A stretch of 58,038 nucleotides of DNA from a virus (taxonomy: Duplodnaviria > Caudoviricetes): the IMG/VR virus record IMGVR_UViG_3300023208_000007, positions 1 to 58,038 of that record; one strand, 5' to 3'. The first letter of the stretch is position 1. Each line of letters opens with the position of its first letter. The notes beneath the pieces were generated by a model. The model searched no databases and had not been told where the DNA came from. It saw only the letters and a program-made list of their open reading frames with translations. Below, one piece after another: positions 9,622 through 19,785 of this stretch. Position numbers and translations under genes: made by a program.

Positions 9622-10000
9622 TTATCAAAAATTAGTAATTGTTTTACGCTCAGATCTTAAAAACGCCGAAGGTCAAAAAATCAGAACCGGTAAAATTATT
9701 GGACAAGCTGTTCACGCAGCAGTGGATGTATTGATGACTGATACGCTACGTGAGGTTCGTGATGAAGCATTTGATTGGCTTTCTGACGGTTTATCTCGCG
9801 TAGCTGTATTAAAAGTAGGGTCAGAAGCTGAGTTAACTGATATTTACAACAAAGCAGTTGAGAACGGTTTTAATACAGCGCTAGTAAAAGATCATGGGCT
9901 TACAGAATTTGACGGTGTACACACATTAACAGCATTATCAATTGGCCCTGCAGATGCTGATTTGTTAGATCGCGTAACTGGTCACTTGAGCTTGTTTTAA
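9611..10000 (+). CDS. pth2: Peptidyl-tRNA hydrolase, Pth2 family
   Basis: KLVIVLRSDL..GKIIGQAVHA..DHGLTEF..TALSIGP..VTGHLSLF. Confidence 0.9.
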   Translation: MDSNYQKLVIVLRSDLKNAEGQKIRTGKIIGQAVHAAVDVLMTDTLREVRDEAFDWLSDGLSRVAVLKVGSEAELTDIYNKAVENGFNTALVKDHGLTEFDGVHTLTALSIGPADADLLDRVTGHLSLF

Positions 10001-10467
10001 CCCACATGCGCGTCATCACCATTACGACGTAAAAATTCCTTCACGTCAAATGGTCTCATAACGCGGCTGTTAAAGATTTGAAATTCTACTCTTTGTCCAT
10101 ACTGGAGAAGCTTATCTTCACCATCTTCATCTAAGATTTTAATTGCTACAATGTTTGCTGAAATTTCAGCAAATTGATCTTTTCGCAGACGTTCGCCATC
10201 AACGTAAACGTTTAGGCTTCTACCATCAGTATTATAAGAGTGTCGTAAGAAAAATGTTGCTTGTTCTTGTTGCGCTACGTGTGATTCCCAGATATTATTT
10301 TCTGTTGCGTAAAGTGGAAACCAGCCATCAGGTGTGTAAACGTAAATACCTTGTCGAGGGTAAACATTGAAGAAAATAACCTCTCCAACTTTAGGATAGC
10401 TCGGAAAAAAATCTTTGACAGGTAAAACAAGACGATCTTCAGGAGTTGGATCTGCGAATGTTTTCAT
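9997..10467 (-). CDS. Late hypothetical protein (possibly virion-associated)
   Basis: TATAAATA on the minus strand at 10509-10516; LNVYVDGERL beta motif. Confidence 0.65.
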   Translation of the reverse strand: MKTFADPTPEDRLVLPVKDFFPSYPKVGEVIFFNVYPRQGIYVYTPDGWFPLYATENNIWESHVAQQEQATFFLRHSYNTDGRSLNVYVDGERLRKDQFAEISANIVAIKILDEDGEDKLLQYGQRVEFQIFNSRVMRPFDVKEFLRRNGDDAHVG

Positions 10468-10526
10468 ATGTACTTTACCTTATGAGTTTGATATAATGTG
10501 ACATAATTTATTTATAGGATCTTATT

Positions 10527-10841
10527 ATGGGAACCAAGAACAGTGAAATTCCAGAAATTTCTGCTGAAGCTTCAGAAACATTTGACTTAATTCAGGAAGA
10601 ATGTTCCGAGCTCATTCAAATTATTAGTAAGATTCGACGTTTTGGTTTAAAATCGTCACATCCTTTTCATGATACTGATGTAACTAATTATGCACATCTT
10701 ATTCAAGAGATGGGTGATGTGCTATGTCTCATTGAAATTCTTCAAGATCACCTGAAGATTTCAAATGAAGACATTAATAAAGCAATTGACAAAAAATACA
10801 CGAAGCTTCAACAATGGACTAACGTTATTAAAAAGCATTAA
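10527..10841 (+). CDS. MazG-like NTP pyrophosphohydrolase
   Basis: EECSELIQ..SK..RFG and QEMGDVL acidic motifs. Confidence 0.8.
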   Translation: MGTKNSEIPEISAEASETFDLIQEECSELIQIISKIRRFGLKSSHPFHDTDVTNYAHLIQEMGDVLCLIEILQDHLKISNEDINKAIDKKYTKLQQWTNVIKKH

Positions 10842-10960
10842 TGCTTCGTGATTTGTTTGAATTATTTTTTCACCTGTTTAGAGTTATTTGGCTTTATTTT
10901 GCCTTGTTTTGCGTGTTTATATGTTTGATTTGTTTATCTTTTTTAAGAAGGATTTGGGTT

Positions 10961-11550
10961 CTGGGACTTTTGCTACCTTCTAAAAACAAAAGGACTACAA
11001 GGCATCTCTAGCGTACAAGAACGCCCTTTCACAAGAGAGGTAAAAGTTTAGTTAAGCTTTGAAAGCGACACTCAGGGTGGCGGCAGTTTTCGAAATTAAC
11101 TCCAACACGGAATTAACTGGTTGGTAAGCGGGTGGGATCAAATGCAACTTTATCAAATGGACAAACGCGAGTTGAAGTCGCGGGGTAAAGTCTAGAGGCA
11201 GAGCGTTTAACTAGCACCAGGTTCTCCTGAGGAAAAGCAGGAAAAAACAACTCAACAAGAGTTGCCATACACAGCCGTATTCGTCCATACCGTGAATGCC
11301 TTACAATAGTAGGGTTTTGACGGTATGCGCGGGTACCTCTAGCAAGGTGAAGCATCGCAGTTGCTTCGACCAGGATATGAATAACCGCTTCATATTTGCC
11401 GGCTGATAAACGCGTCTTTTTCTCTAGTACTATAGTAGGGTCTTTAACTCTACTCCCTATACTAGAAATAGCTCCTAATTCATAACTAAACTTTTACAAA
11501 ATCTTTAGTTACGGGTGGACCTATTAGCTATTAGAAGGCGAAAAATCCGG
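10961..11550 (+). ncRNA. Large (~580 nt) highly structured ncRNA candidate
   Basis: Nested long-range stems (10976-10983/11531-11538; perfect 15 bp 11040-11054/11483-11497) enclosing many hairpins; no credible ORF; strand not certain. Confidence 0.7.
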
Positions 11551-11560
11551 AAAAATTAAA

Positions 11561-11821
11561 ATGGCAATTATTGAAAGAATTGAAGAACACTTAAAATCAA
11601 CAGATCGTGACTTACTTAATGAAGCTCTAATTGAGTTAAAGATTTTAGAAGAAGTCGCCTCTGAAAGAGCGGCTTTAATTGCTGCTATTTTTAATCACGA
11701 TGATTTTGAAATTCATGATAAAGCGCTTATTGAAAGAATAAATCGCGCTCTTTTTGCAAAAGATTATTTAGACAAGAGATTAAATCGCTACAAGTTCGAA
11801 TGTAAATTGTATGAAGAGTAA
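11561..11821 (+). CDS. Hypothetical protein
   Basis: Open frame with typical composition. Confidence 0.6.
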   Translation: MAIIERIEEHLKSTDRDLLNEALIELKILEEVASERAALIAAIFNHDDFEIHDKALIERINRALFAKDYLDKRLNRYKFECKLYEE

Positions 11822-11887
11822 GTTATAATTGTACCATGTCCGATTAAGATTGATAAATAAATTTATGATCATGATCGGGGTAATTAA

Positions 11888-12631
11888 ATGAAACTGCATG
11901 AAATAACAAATATTTTTAGAAGCGCTATTCCTATGGCTGAAATAGTTCCTATTTACAATATGACTGAATATTTTTTAGCAGATGAAGAAGCAAAACGTGA
12001 AGCGTTTACTGCTTTTCATCCGCATAAGACGCCAATTGACTTGTTTGCCGAGTTTAATGATCGTCCAAGTATAGACGCAGAAGTAACAATCAATGATGGT
12101 TCAATAAAAAATATAAAGCTTGAATGCGGCCGCTGGGGGATGGTAGTACCTGCCGAGGGTGAATTTGAACGTGAGGTCCTTTATAAAGGAACTCGTTATT
12201 ACATGCTTAATAGCGCAGCAAATCCTAAGGCAAAAACAGCAAAGTATTTTACTGAAGCTCACATAAAAGCGAGCCCTCAATATTCAGAATTTTCTGGACG
12301 CTATAATAATTATTTACAGCAATCAAGAGAAAAATTTCAACAAAAAGTTTTAGAAAAACTTCGTTCTTCACTTTCATTAACTGCTCAAAAAGCATTAAAT
12401 GAAAATTTACATGATCTCGTAAAACAGAACGCTTTTCAAGAGCTTCATGATTGGTTTGTTGCTGAAGGTTTTTCAAACATTCCACCTGCTGAGAATTTCA
12501 AAAAGATGTACAATCTTAGTGGTTGGACTATTCAAACAGAACAAGTATATGGTCACCAACAAGGAACTAATCAAGTAATCGATTGGAAGAACAAACGTTT
12601 TTACGTGCTGGGTTGGTCATCAGACGATTGA
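11888..12631 (+). CDS. Late hypothetical protein with MKLHEI N-terminus
   Basis: GATAAATA upstream; N-terminal motif shared with other late ORFs. Confidence 0.7.
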   Translation: MKLHEITNIFRSAIPMAEIVPIYNMTEYFLADEEAKREAFTAFHPHKTPIDLFAEFNDRPSIDAEVTINDGSIKNIKLECGRWGMVVPAEGEFEREVLYKGTRYYMLNSAANPKAKTAKYFTEAHIKASPQYSEFSGRYNNYLQQSREKFQQKVLEKLRSSLSLTAQKALNENLHDLVKQNAFQELHDWFVAEGFSNIPPAENFKKMYNLSGWTIQTEQVYGHQQGTNQVIDWKNKRFYVLGWSSDD

Positions 12632-12640
12632 GGTGAATAA

Positions 12641-12904
12641 ATGGCATTAGGCCCAGACTATTCAGAAGACATTCTAGATGATTTAGAAGGCATTATAGAT
12701 GAAAAATTGGTTGCTGCAATGGCTACAGATGATGAACCGGCTATTACAATAACTGATTTTCGTTTAACGCCTGACCGCTTTAAAATTTTAAAACAACGTT
12801 ATATTAATGCTGGGTGGGCAGAAATAACAAAAGACGATGTTGTGATAACTTTTTATAGAAAAGCTCAATTTCATTCTAATTCATATTTTCCACCAGATAA
12901 ATAA
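12641..12904 (+). CDS. Hypothetical protein
   Basis: GAGGT SD. Confidence 0.65.
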   Translation: MALGPDYSEDILDDLEGIIDEKLVAAMATDDEPAITITDFRLTPDRFKILKQRYINAGWAEITKDDVVITFYRKAQFHSNSYFPPDK

Positions 12905-12909
12905 TAATC

Positions 12910-13434
12910 ATGAACACTATCCCGAAAATTACAAGCGCAGACGCTGGCATTAATGATGGAACTATGGTTATAAACTGGGAAGCTGAAAACTTTGGTTTTG
13001 GTCAGCTTTATGTCACGTGGGATAACATGCGTGACAAAATTAAAATTGACGCTGAAACGCTTTCTAGAGAAATGGTTGCTGCTATTTTAGCAAAAGTTGC
13101 TGAAAATGCAATACTTGATAGTGATGAAGAAAAATCAATGAATGTCTATGTGGCAACGCCAGAGGAACTTGAAGAAGTTTGTCCCCGTGGCAGCATTGAT
13201 AACGCCTACGTCCAGTATCCATTTTTTTATAATGTTACTCCGCTTACTTCTCCAGATACATTTGAGATTGAATTGCGTTATAACGCTATTGATGATAAAG
13301 TAATTTGTGTAAGATACGAAATTCACTCTCGTGTTGGAATGAATGAAATTTATAATACCCTTACTGATCATATTAATAAAAATGGATTTACCCATCCTCA
13401 CTTTATTAGTGGGCAAATCTGGCAATGGAAATGA
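12910..13434 (+). CDS. Hypothetical protein
   Basis: Operonic ORF. Confidence 0.65.
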   Translation: MNTIPKITSADAGINDGTMVINWEAENFGFGQLYVTWDNMRDKIKIDAETLSREMVAAILAKVAENAILDSDEEKSMNVYVATPEELEEVCPRGSIDNAYVQYPFFYNVTPLTSPDTFEIELRYNAIDDKVICVRYEIHSRVGMNEIYNTLTDHINKNGFTHPHFISGQIWQWK

Positions 13435-13740
13435 ATGATAGTTTGCATCTGCTATAATATCAATGAGCAAGCAATTAAAGATTTAAAACCATCTAAAGTA
13501 AAAGATGTGTTCGACGCCTATTTTACACTTCCACAATGTGGCAAGTGTTGTTCAACTATACATGAAATAATATCGGAGATAAAAAATAATGACAACGGAA
13601 ACGCAACAAGATGCCCACGTGATGTGTTACAAGCTAAGTACTGGAGAAGAAATCCTTGCAAGGACTGTAAAGGTGAACGATACTGTCGTTCTAATTCAGA
13701 AGCCGAGGGCTCTTATAATTGCAAGAGGCCAGGACGGTAA
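13435..13740 (+). CDS. bfd: Bacterioferritin-associated ferredoxin-like [2Fe-2S] protein
   Basis: MIVCICYNI...PQCGKC motif; the 3' half overlaps the next ORF. Confidence 0.7.
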   Translation: MIVCICYNINEQAIKDLKPSKVKDVFDAYFTLPQCGKCCSTIHEIISEIKNNDNGNATRCPRDVLQAKYWRRNPCKDCKGERYCRSNSEAEGSYNCKRPGR

Positions 13741-13912
13741 CGTAGGTCTTGCGCTTGCGCCGCTTATTAAATGTTCACCTGACTCTGATATGTTTTTAAA
13801 CGCAGAGCATATTGTTCTTACTATTCCTGAATCTAATCTTCCGAAAGATGTTATCGATTCATATCTTCAAGAAGTTTCAGGAATACAATTTGCACAAACT
13901 TTAATGGGATAA
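13589..13912 (+). CDS. Conserved T4-like phage protein, Sm-like fold
   Basis: KLSTGEEILA..KPRAL..LAP motif; GGAG SD. Confidence 0.65.
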   Translation: MTTETQQDAHVMCYKLSTGEEILARTVKVNDTVVLIQKPRALIIARGQDGNVGLALAPLIKCSPDSDMFLNAEHIVLTIPESNLPKDVIDSYLQEVSGIQFAQTLMG

Positions 13913-13913
13913 A

Positions 13914-14207
13914 ATGTCACTTTGCCCAATCTGTGATAGAGAGCTCGATGACGATGAAATTGAATTTCATCACTTAATACCTAAAACTTTTAAAGGTACT
14001 GAAGGTATTTACGTTCACAGAATCTGTCACCGCAAAATTCACTCAACGTTCTCAGAACGTGAGCTACTTCATAATTTTCATACAGTGGAAGCTCTTCGTT
14101 CCAACTCTGAAATACAAACTTTCGTTCAATGGGTAGCTAATAAGCCGCCAGCGTTTTACGTTTCTGGAAAGGATTCAAACGAAAGAAAGCGAAAGCGACG
14201 ACGCTAA
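13914..14207 (+). CDS. Small HNH endonuclease-like protein
   Basis: CPICDR..HHLIPK..HRICHRKIH. Confidence 0.8.
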   Translation: MSLCPICDRELDDDEIEFHHLIPKTFKGTEGIYVHRICHRKIHSTFSERELLHNFHTVEALRSNSEIQTFVQWVANKPPAFYVSGKDSNERKRKRRR

Positions 14208-14233
14208 TTTTATTTTAACTTAGAGGTTGACTT

Positions 14234-16036
14234 ATGGCGAAAAAAATATGGGAATGGTTTTTACGTAACTTGCTTTTAATTAGTTTATCAATTTTATTGA
14301 TTGTGGGAGCGTATTCAATCATCAATAGAACACAAACTCATGATGAGCCGACACTGTCTTATTATAACTTTATTCAGGCAGTGCACACCGGCTCTGTATT
14401 TAATGCCATCATTCAGAGTAATGAAATTCATGGAATGTTAAAATCTGGTACTGAGTTTAAAACACTTGCACCAGATAATGACACGCATTTGATTGATGAT
14501 TTATTTAGGTACAATGTTGATTTTCGAGTAATTCCACCTGAAAAACAAAGCATTGGAATGGCAATTTTTATTAGCTGGTTCCCGATGCTTATCTTGATTG
14601 GTGTGTGGATTTACTTTATGCGACGTCAAGCTGGCAGCGGCCCGCTGGGCTTCGGTAAAAATAAAGCAAAGTTAGTTGCTGAGGACAAGGTAAAGATTAC
14701 ATTTGCTGATGTCGCTGGCGTTGAAGATGCTAAAGCGGACGTTAAGGAAATGGTTGATTTTTTACGTGATCCTAAAAAGTTCAACAAGCTTGGTGGTAAA
14801 ATTCCACGTGGAGCTCTGTTAGTTGGGCCACCTGGAACTGGTAAGACAATGCTCGCCCGCGCTGTTGCTGGCGAAGCTGGAGTCCCATTTTTTACTCTTT
14901 CAGGTTCTGACTTTGTAGAAATGTTTGTTGGTGTTGGTGCCTCTCGCGTTCGCGATCTATTCGAGGAAGCAAAAAAGAAGGCACCTTGCATTATTTTCAT
15001 TGACGAAATTGACGCAATTGGTGCCTCTCGTGGACAAGCTATAATGGGAAATGATGAGCGCAATCAAACTTTGAACCAGCTACTTGTTGAAATGGATGGC
15101 TTTGAAGGTACTGAAGGAATTATCGTTTTTGCTGCAACTAATAGAGCTGAAATTCTTGATCAAGCTTTACTACGTCCTGGTCGCTTTGACCGACAAGTAT
15201 TTGTAAATCTACCGGATATTATTGGTCGCGAACAAATTTTGCGGGTTCATACTCAAGCAATTCCGCTAAATGATGATGTTGATTTGCTTGCAATAGCTCG
15301 TGGAACACCTGGTTTTTCTGGCGCTGACCTAGCAAATCTTGTGAATGAAGCTGCTATTCTTGCTTCAAAATGTGATCGTGATGTTATTTCAATGCGTCAC
15401 TTTGAAAAAGCAAAAGACAAAATCATGATGGGCGCCGAGCGTAAATCGCTAATGATGACTGATGATGAAAAGCGTCTTACTGCCTATCATGAAGCTGGTC
15501 ACGCGGTTGTTGGATTTTTTACTCCTGAGCATGATCCACTTTATAAAGTTAGTATCATCCCGCGCGGTAGAGCCTTAGGTATTACTATGTTCCTACCCGA
15601 ACATGATAGAGTTTCAATGTCAAAGCGTAAGGTTGAAGGTCAAATTGCAAGCTTGTATGGTGGTCGAATTGCTGAGGAAATTATTGCTGGGCCAGACGGT
15701 ATTACAACTGGAGCTTCGAATGACATCGAGCGAGCTACAGTTCTCGCAACTAAGATGGTAACTGAGTGGGGCTTTAGTGAAAAGCTTAAGTTGCTTAAGT
15801 ATATTGATCAAGACCATTCATCAATGTCAAATTCAACTCACATTGCCACTGGTCTTGAGGATGATGAAGATCGAAGAATTATCAAGGAAGAAATAGAGTC
15901 AATATCACAGCGCAACTATGATAGAGCACGTAACATTATTGAAAACAACTGGTCTAAAATGGAAGCAATTGCTGAAGCACTGATAAAATTTGAGACAATT
16001 GATATTAAACAAGTCGAAGAAATAATGGCAGCATAA
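14234..16036 (+). CDS. ftsH: ATP-dependent zinc metalloprotease FtsH
   Basis: Two TM segments, [30 protein letters not shown]. Confidence 0.97.
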   Translation: MAKKIWEWFLRNLLLISLSILLIVGAYSIINRTQTHDEPTLSYYNFIQAVHTGSVFNAIIQSNEIHGMLKSGTEFKTLAPDNDTHLIDDLFRYNVDFRVIPPEKQSIGMAIFISWFPMLILIGVWIYFMRRQAGSGPLGFGKNKAKLVAEDKVKITFADVAGVEDAKADVKEMVDFLRDPKKFNKLGGKIPRGALLVGPPGTGKTMLARAVAGEAGVPFFTLSGSDFVEMFVGVGASRVRDLFEEAKKKAPCIIFIDEIDAIGASRGQAIMGNDERNQTLNQLLVEMDGFEGTEGIIVFAATNRAEILDQALLRPGRFDRQVFVNLPDIIGREQILRVHTQAIPLNDDVDLLAIARGTPGFSGADLANLVNEAAILASKCDRDVISMRHFEKAKDKIMMGAERKSLMMTDDEKRLTAYHEAGHAVVGFFTPEHDPLYKVSIIPRGRALGITMFLPEHDRVSMSKRKVEGQIASLYGGRIAEEIIAGPDGITTGASNDIERATVLATKMVTEWGFSEKLKLLKYIDQDHSSMSNSTHIATGLEDDEDRRIIKEEIESISQRNYDRARNIIENNWSKMEAIAEALIKFETIDIKQVEEIMAA

Positions 16037-16106
16037 TAAAAAGTGTACTTTTTGACTAAAATTTAATACAATTAAACTACATAATCACTTAAATGAGGTA
16101 TTTTTG

Positions 16107-16466
16107 ATGAAATGCGATGAACTGCGTGGAAAGTATATGGTTGTTACTGGTGTTAAGCCGTGGAGTACCACTCCAGTATGTGACTATCGTGTTATTGGTG
16201 CGTTATATCTGAAACCTGACGTGGAGCTTATTCCTGAAGCGATTAAATATGTTCTTGAACAAGATCCTCGTTGGACACCTCAAGATAAAGTGGATGCGAT
16301 TTATCATAACATGAAGGACATGCGTTTGTTCAATGGAATGAAATGGTCTGACGCTTTGATTGTTGAACATTACCTGTTTCACAATTGGTTTGGATTTATT
16401 CCTGCTGAAAATGTTCTTGCGCTCTTTGAACCTACTGAGCAGTTTAGACTTAACACGGTCACATGA
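16107..16466 (+). CDS. Hypothetical protein
   Basis: GAGGT SD; early promoter upstream. Confidence 0.65.
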   Translation: MKCDELRGKYMVVTGVKPWSTTPVCDYRVIGALYLKPDVELIPEAIKYVLEQDPRWTPQDKVDAIYHNMKDMRLFNGMKWSDALIVEHYLFHNWFGFIPAENVLALFEPTEQFRLNTVT

Positions 16467-16735
16467 TCCCGTCAGACGAAGAGGTAAATGATCAAAACGA
16501 AAGCGTCGATGAAGCTTGTCGGCGCTTTTATGATAGATTGTTTTCGTTTTTAGCTCTCAATGAAATTCTAGTAAAAACATTTTACCCAGTAAAGTTCATT
16601 TGTAAAATGAATGAAAGCGAATACTGGGACTATCTTACTTATCTAACACACCTTGAAATTAAAGGTCGAGTTGTAATTCGCCAAGGTATTTACGACAGAG
16701 TCAAATCTCCAAAAAAGACAGATGGCCAACTATAA
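16463..16735 (+). CDS. Hypothetical protein
   Basis: ATGA overlap with the previous ORF. Confidence 0.55.
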   Translation: MIPSDEEVNDQNESVDEACRRFYDRLFSFLALNEILVKTFYPVKFICKMNESEYWDYLTYLTHLEIKGRVVIRQGIYDRVKSPKKTDGQL

Positions 16736-16739
16736 ATAA

Positions 16740-16829
16740 CATTAGAAAAGATGCGTAATGGTCTTTTCTATGGTGCCGACTATTTTAGTGGCAAATTGAC
16801 ATCTTGCTTGAAAAAGGAGAAATCACATG
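16740..16829 (+). promoter_or_regulatory. ROSE-like RNA thermometer 5' UTR
   Basis: Two upstream hairpins, then TCTTGCTT-GAAA-AAGGAGA (UUGCU paired to the SD with a bulged G) before the Hsp20 ATG. Confidence 0.7.
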
Positions 16830-17282
16830 AATAATATTTCTGTACGTAATACTTGGCCTGCATCTTTTAGCAGCGCTGTCGTTCCCCGCATGATTGGTTT
16901 TGATGATCTGTTCAATACTATTGATCAGCTAATGAGAAGTAATCAACCTCCTGAAAGTTACCCGCCTTTTAATGTCATTCGCGAGACTGATGATTTGTGG
17001 CGCATTGAGATAGCTGTCGCAGGCTTTGAATCCCACATGTTAAAAGTGGTGGTCGATGATGGCTATTTAATCATCATTGGTGACCGTAGCGATGAAACAC
17101 CTGAAGGAACTAATAAGTATATTCATCGTGGTATTTCTTCTCGTAAGTTTGAACGTCGTTTTCGTATTCCAGAATCCGCCGAAGTTCAAACAGCCGTGCT
17201 TAATAACGGAATGTTAATTATCGGAGTGCAAAACGTTGTTCCTGAGAAAGAAGTAAAACGCATAGCTATACAACAAATCTAA
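16827..17282 (+). CDS. ibpA: Small heat shock protein (Hsp20, IbpA-like)
   Basis: IGFDDLF, YPPFNV, IEIAVAGF, YIHRGIS.RKFER.F, NGML. Confidence 0.93.
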   Translation: MNNISVRNTWPASFSSAVVPRMIGFDDLFNTIDQLMRSNQPPESYPPFNVIRETDDLWRIEIAVAGFESHMLKVVVDDGYLIIIGDRSDETPEGTNKYIHRGISSRKFERRFRIPESAEVQTAVLNNGMLIIGVQNVVPEKEVKRIAIQQI

Positions 17283-17289
17283 AACAAAT

Positions 17290-17326
17290 AGGGCAAGCAG
17301 ATTTTAAATCTGCTTGCCCTCTTTTT
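17290..17326 (+). terminator. Intrinsic terminator
   Basis: agggcaagcagattt / aaatctgcttgccct followed by a T tract. Confidence 0.85.
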
Positions 17327-17336
17327 AAAAGTAAAA

Positions 17337-17549
17337 ATGACCTACGGCATAATCGACGTAATAAAAGATGAAATTACTGGTAACGCTGAATATGTAAATG
17401 AACAATTAAAAAAGGAACGTCTTTACATTTGTTCTACGTGCCCTGATTTTAAAAAGCTTTCACGACAGTGTGGCGCTTGTGGTTGCTTTGTTGACGTGAA
17501 AGCTAAGTATGTTTTATCAGAATGCCCTAAAAGCCGCTGGCTTAAGTAG
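17337..17549 (+). CDS. Small Cys-rich protein (DUF6171-like)
   Basis: RL.ICSTCP..CGACGCFV.VKA..CP..W. Confidence 0.7.
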   Translation: MTYGIIDVIKDEITGNAEYVNEQLKKERLYICSTCPDFKKLSRQCGACGCFVDVKAKYVLSECPKSRWLK

Positions 17550-18840
17550 CTCGTGTGTATTTAAATACGACAGTTATTTTTATGTCGTCAGGCGCATTTG
17601 AAGGATAATGTGCTTTTGTGTCATCTTTTTTAGATGAATTATCATTAATTGAAACAATCTTACATTTTTTAAATGTGCGTGAACTTGTTACTTGATCATT
17701 TTTACTTTTGTCGACTTTAATATCAAACATAACTAATGGTGATGAAAGCTTCTTTAGTTCGTCAACTAAATTACCAGTTGAGTCAAAAAATTGAAGCTCC
17801 ATTCTGTTATTTTTATTGCTTCCATTATTAATGTTTAACTCATTATTTGGGCTTTCAATTACTGCGTTTTCAATTGTTAATTTATTAACGGTGTTGTCAC
17901 CTAAAATATTACTTAGTTCAATTGAAATTTCTTTTTCACGCTTGCCTTTAACTGTGTAAATATCAACGACGTTTGAGTTAATTGAAACTGTTTTTGTCTT
18001 ATATGTTAGACGAATAAAGATATGTTGTTCATACCAGCTCAATAAGGGTAACTTTGAGAAACGTTCTCTAAAAATATCGAACACTTTACATTCTGAAAAT
18101 GTAACCGTTTCATTATTTCCAAAGTGAAATGAAATTCCAAAGTTTGCCGGCAATTGAGCAGCAGTTAAAATATTTTGACTTGCGATATCATCAGAAACAA
18201 CTATTGTAAAGCTCTCGTCGCGCTCATTAAACCCTCTAACTTCAACGATATTAAAGCTAGCTGGAACCGTTGTTCCAGAAAATGAAACCGTAAAGTCACT
18301 TCTAAGATGATTTTGCTGGATTGGCAAAGTACTTGTTTGAAGTTGAGAAAGAACAAAATTCGCAAATTCATCAAAGCTTTCACTTGATGCTACTAACGAC
18401 CTAAAATTGAACTTGTATTTAAATGCTGGTCCGGCCCCACTCACAAAAGGACTTGCTGCAGGGTGCGCTTGATCATAAACAGTATCACGAGAAAATTGAA
18501 TACCATAGAATTTTAAAATTGGATTTCCATTTAAAATGCCTGCAAGTGTATCATCCGCTAATGTAACAAAGGTAGGATTTAACGATAAAATGTGTTGATG
18601 CGGCCAAGGATGAGTTGTAATTGTATTTGGATCAGTTGTGCTAGTCGCGGTTGCCCCAGTAATTGTAATCTGGGGGGTAAATGGTGTTCCTGTTACAGTA
18701 TTTGGATCGACTTCAATAGTCATTTGAAGCGCTTGTGCGAGTAAGTCATCAGTTGCAAACTGCTTTCCTACAATAGCTGGTTTAATAACCCAGTAAAACG
18801 CGTGTACAATTTTTTCAAAATCTGAGGCAGTGATTGTCAT
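17542..18840 (-). CDS. Late hypothetical protein (possibly structural)
   Basis: Long ORF; GGAG SD and TATAAATA (18863-18870, minus strand) upstream. Confidence 0.7.
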   Translation of the reverse strand: MTITASDFEKIVHAFYWVIKPAIVGKQFATDDLLAQALQMTIEVDPNTVTGTPFTPQITITGATATSTTDPNTITTHPWPHQHILSLNPTFVTLADDTLAGILNGNPILKFYGIQFSRDTVYDQAHPAASPFVSGAGPAFKYKFNFRSLVASSESFDEFANFVLSQLQTSTLPIQQNHLRSDFTVSFSGTTVPASFNIVEVRGFNERDESFTIVVSDDIASQNILTAAQLPANFGISFHFGNNETVTFSECKVFDIFRERFSKLPLLSWYEQHIFIRLTYKTKTVSINSNVVDIYTVKGKREKEISIELSNILGDNTVNKLTIENAVIESPNNELNINNGSNKNNRMELQFFDSTGNLVDELKKLSSPLVMFDIKVDKSKNDQVTSSRTFKKCKIVSINDNSSKKDDTKAHYPSNAPDDIKITVVFKYTRAT

Positions 18841-18933
18841 ATAAATCTCCAATTGATAATTTTATTTATATCAGAGAAGTGTACTTGTTCTTTTAATTAG
18901 TTTATAATTTCTCTATTAAAAAGGAGAATTTAA

Positions 18934-19737
18934 ATGTCTTTACCTTCAAGAAAAGAGCTGTTGTTCTTAGCCAAAGAACTAGATAAAATAATTCCTGACC
19001 TTATTAAAGAAGCAACTGGAAACGCTCTTTTAAATTATGATGACGTTCATCAGGACCTTTACGATCGTTGGTACGCTTCACTTGATTTGTCAAAAAAAAT
19101 AACTGACCAATCTCCAGATTGGTCGATTTATGCTGATCCTGGTTATTTAACTATGACAGTTTTTTGTTTTTCGAATTGGTCAAAGCGCAATGCGCTAGCT
19201 ACAATCAAATTTTTTAATGATCTTGACATTTGTCCAAAAAGTATTGTTGATGTTTTTGGAGGAAATGGTCAAAGTACTGTTTTGCTTGCAAAAGCTTTTC
19301 CAACGTCAGAAGTTATTTACTTCAATACCGACGCTGAACAACCTGCAATAGTTACTCTTTTAAAGGAGCGATTTAAAGCAGAAAATCTTACAATAACTAA
19401 TCAACTATCAGGAGCTGAGTGCGTTTGTGCGTTTGACGCGATGGAACATTTAGTAGAGCCATGTAATTTTATCCATCCAATTTTAACGGCGCCTGAAACA
19501 AAATTTTACATTGATTCTTCTTCATTTGCATCTCCAGAAATTGGACATTTTCCTGAATATGTCGATTTTGAAGGAAACATTTGGAAAAACGACGTATTCA
19601 AACGTCGTTACTCAAAGTTTTTAAAATCAATTGGCTATCTTAGATGCGATAATAAAGATCGTTTTTTTGCAAAACAACCGTTTAACGGTCGCCCAACAAT
19701 CTACGTTCACAAAACTTTTAGTAAATCTATAAAATGA
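18934..19737 (+). CDS. Class I SAM-dependent methyltransferase-like protein
   Basis: IVDVFGGNGQS motif I; FDAMEHL. Confidence 0.65.
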   Translation: MSLPSRKELLFLAKELDKIIPDLIKEATGNALLNYDDVHQDLYDRWYASLDLSKKITDQSPDWSIYADPGYLTMTVFCFSNWSKRNALATIKFFNDLDICPKSIVDVFGGNGQSTVLLAKAFPTSEVIYFNTDAEQPAIVTLLKERFKAENLTITNQLSGAECVCAFDAMEHLVEPCNFIHPILTAPETKFYIDSSSFASPEIGHFPEYVDFEGNIWKNDVFKRRYSKFLKSIGYLRCDNKDRFFAKQPFNGRPTIYVHKTFSKSIK

Positions 19738-19785
19738 TTTTTAAAATGTGTTATAATTAAATTATCAAAACGTTGAGTTACGCAA

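Noticed and set aside
10961-11550. tmRNA, RNase P RNA or a self-splicing intron
   Set aside because: No tRNA-like ends or tag ORF, no GAGGAAAGUCC core, and the flanking ORFs do not look like halves of one gene. A covariance search is still needed.
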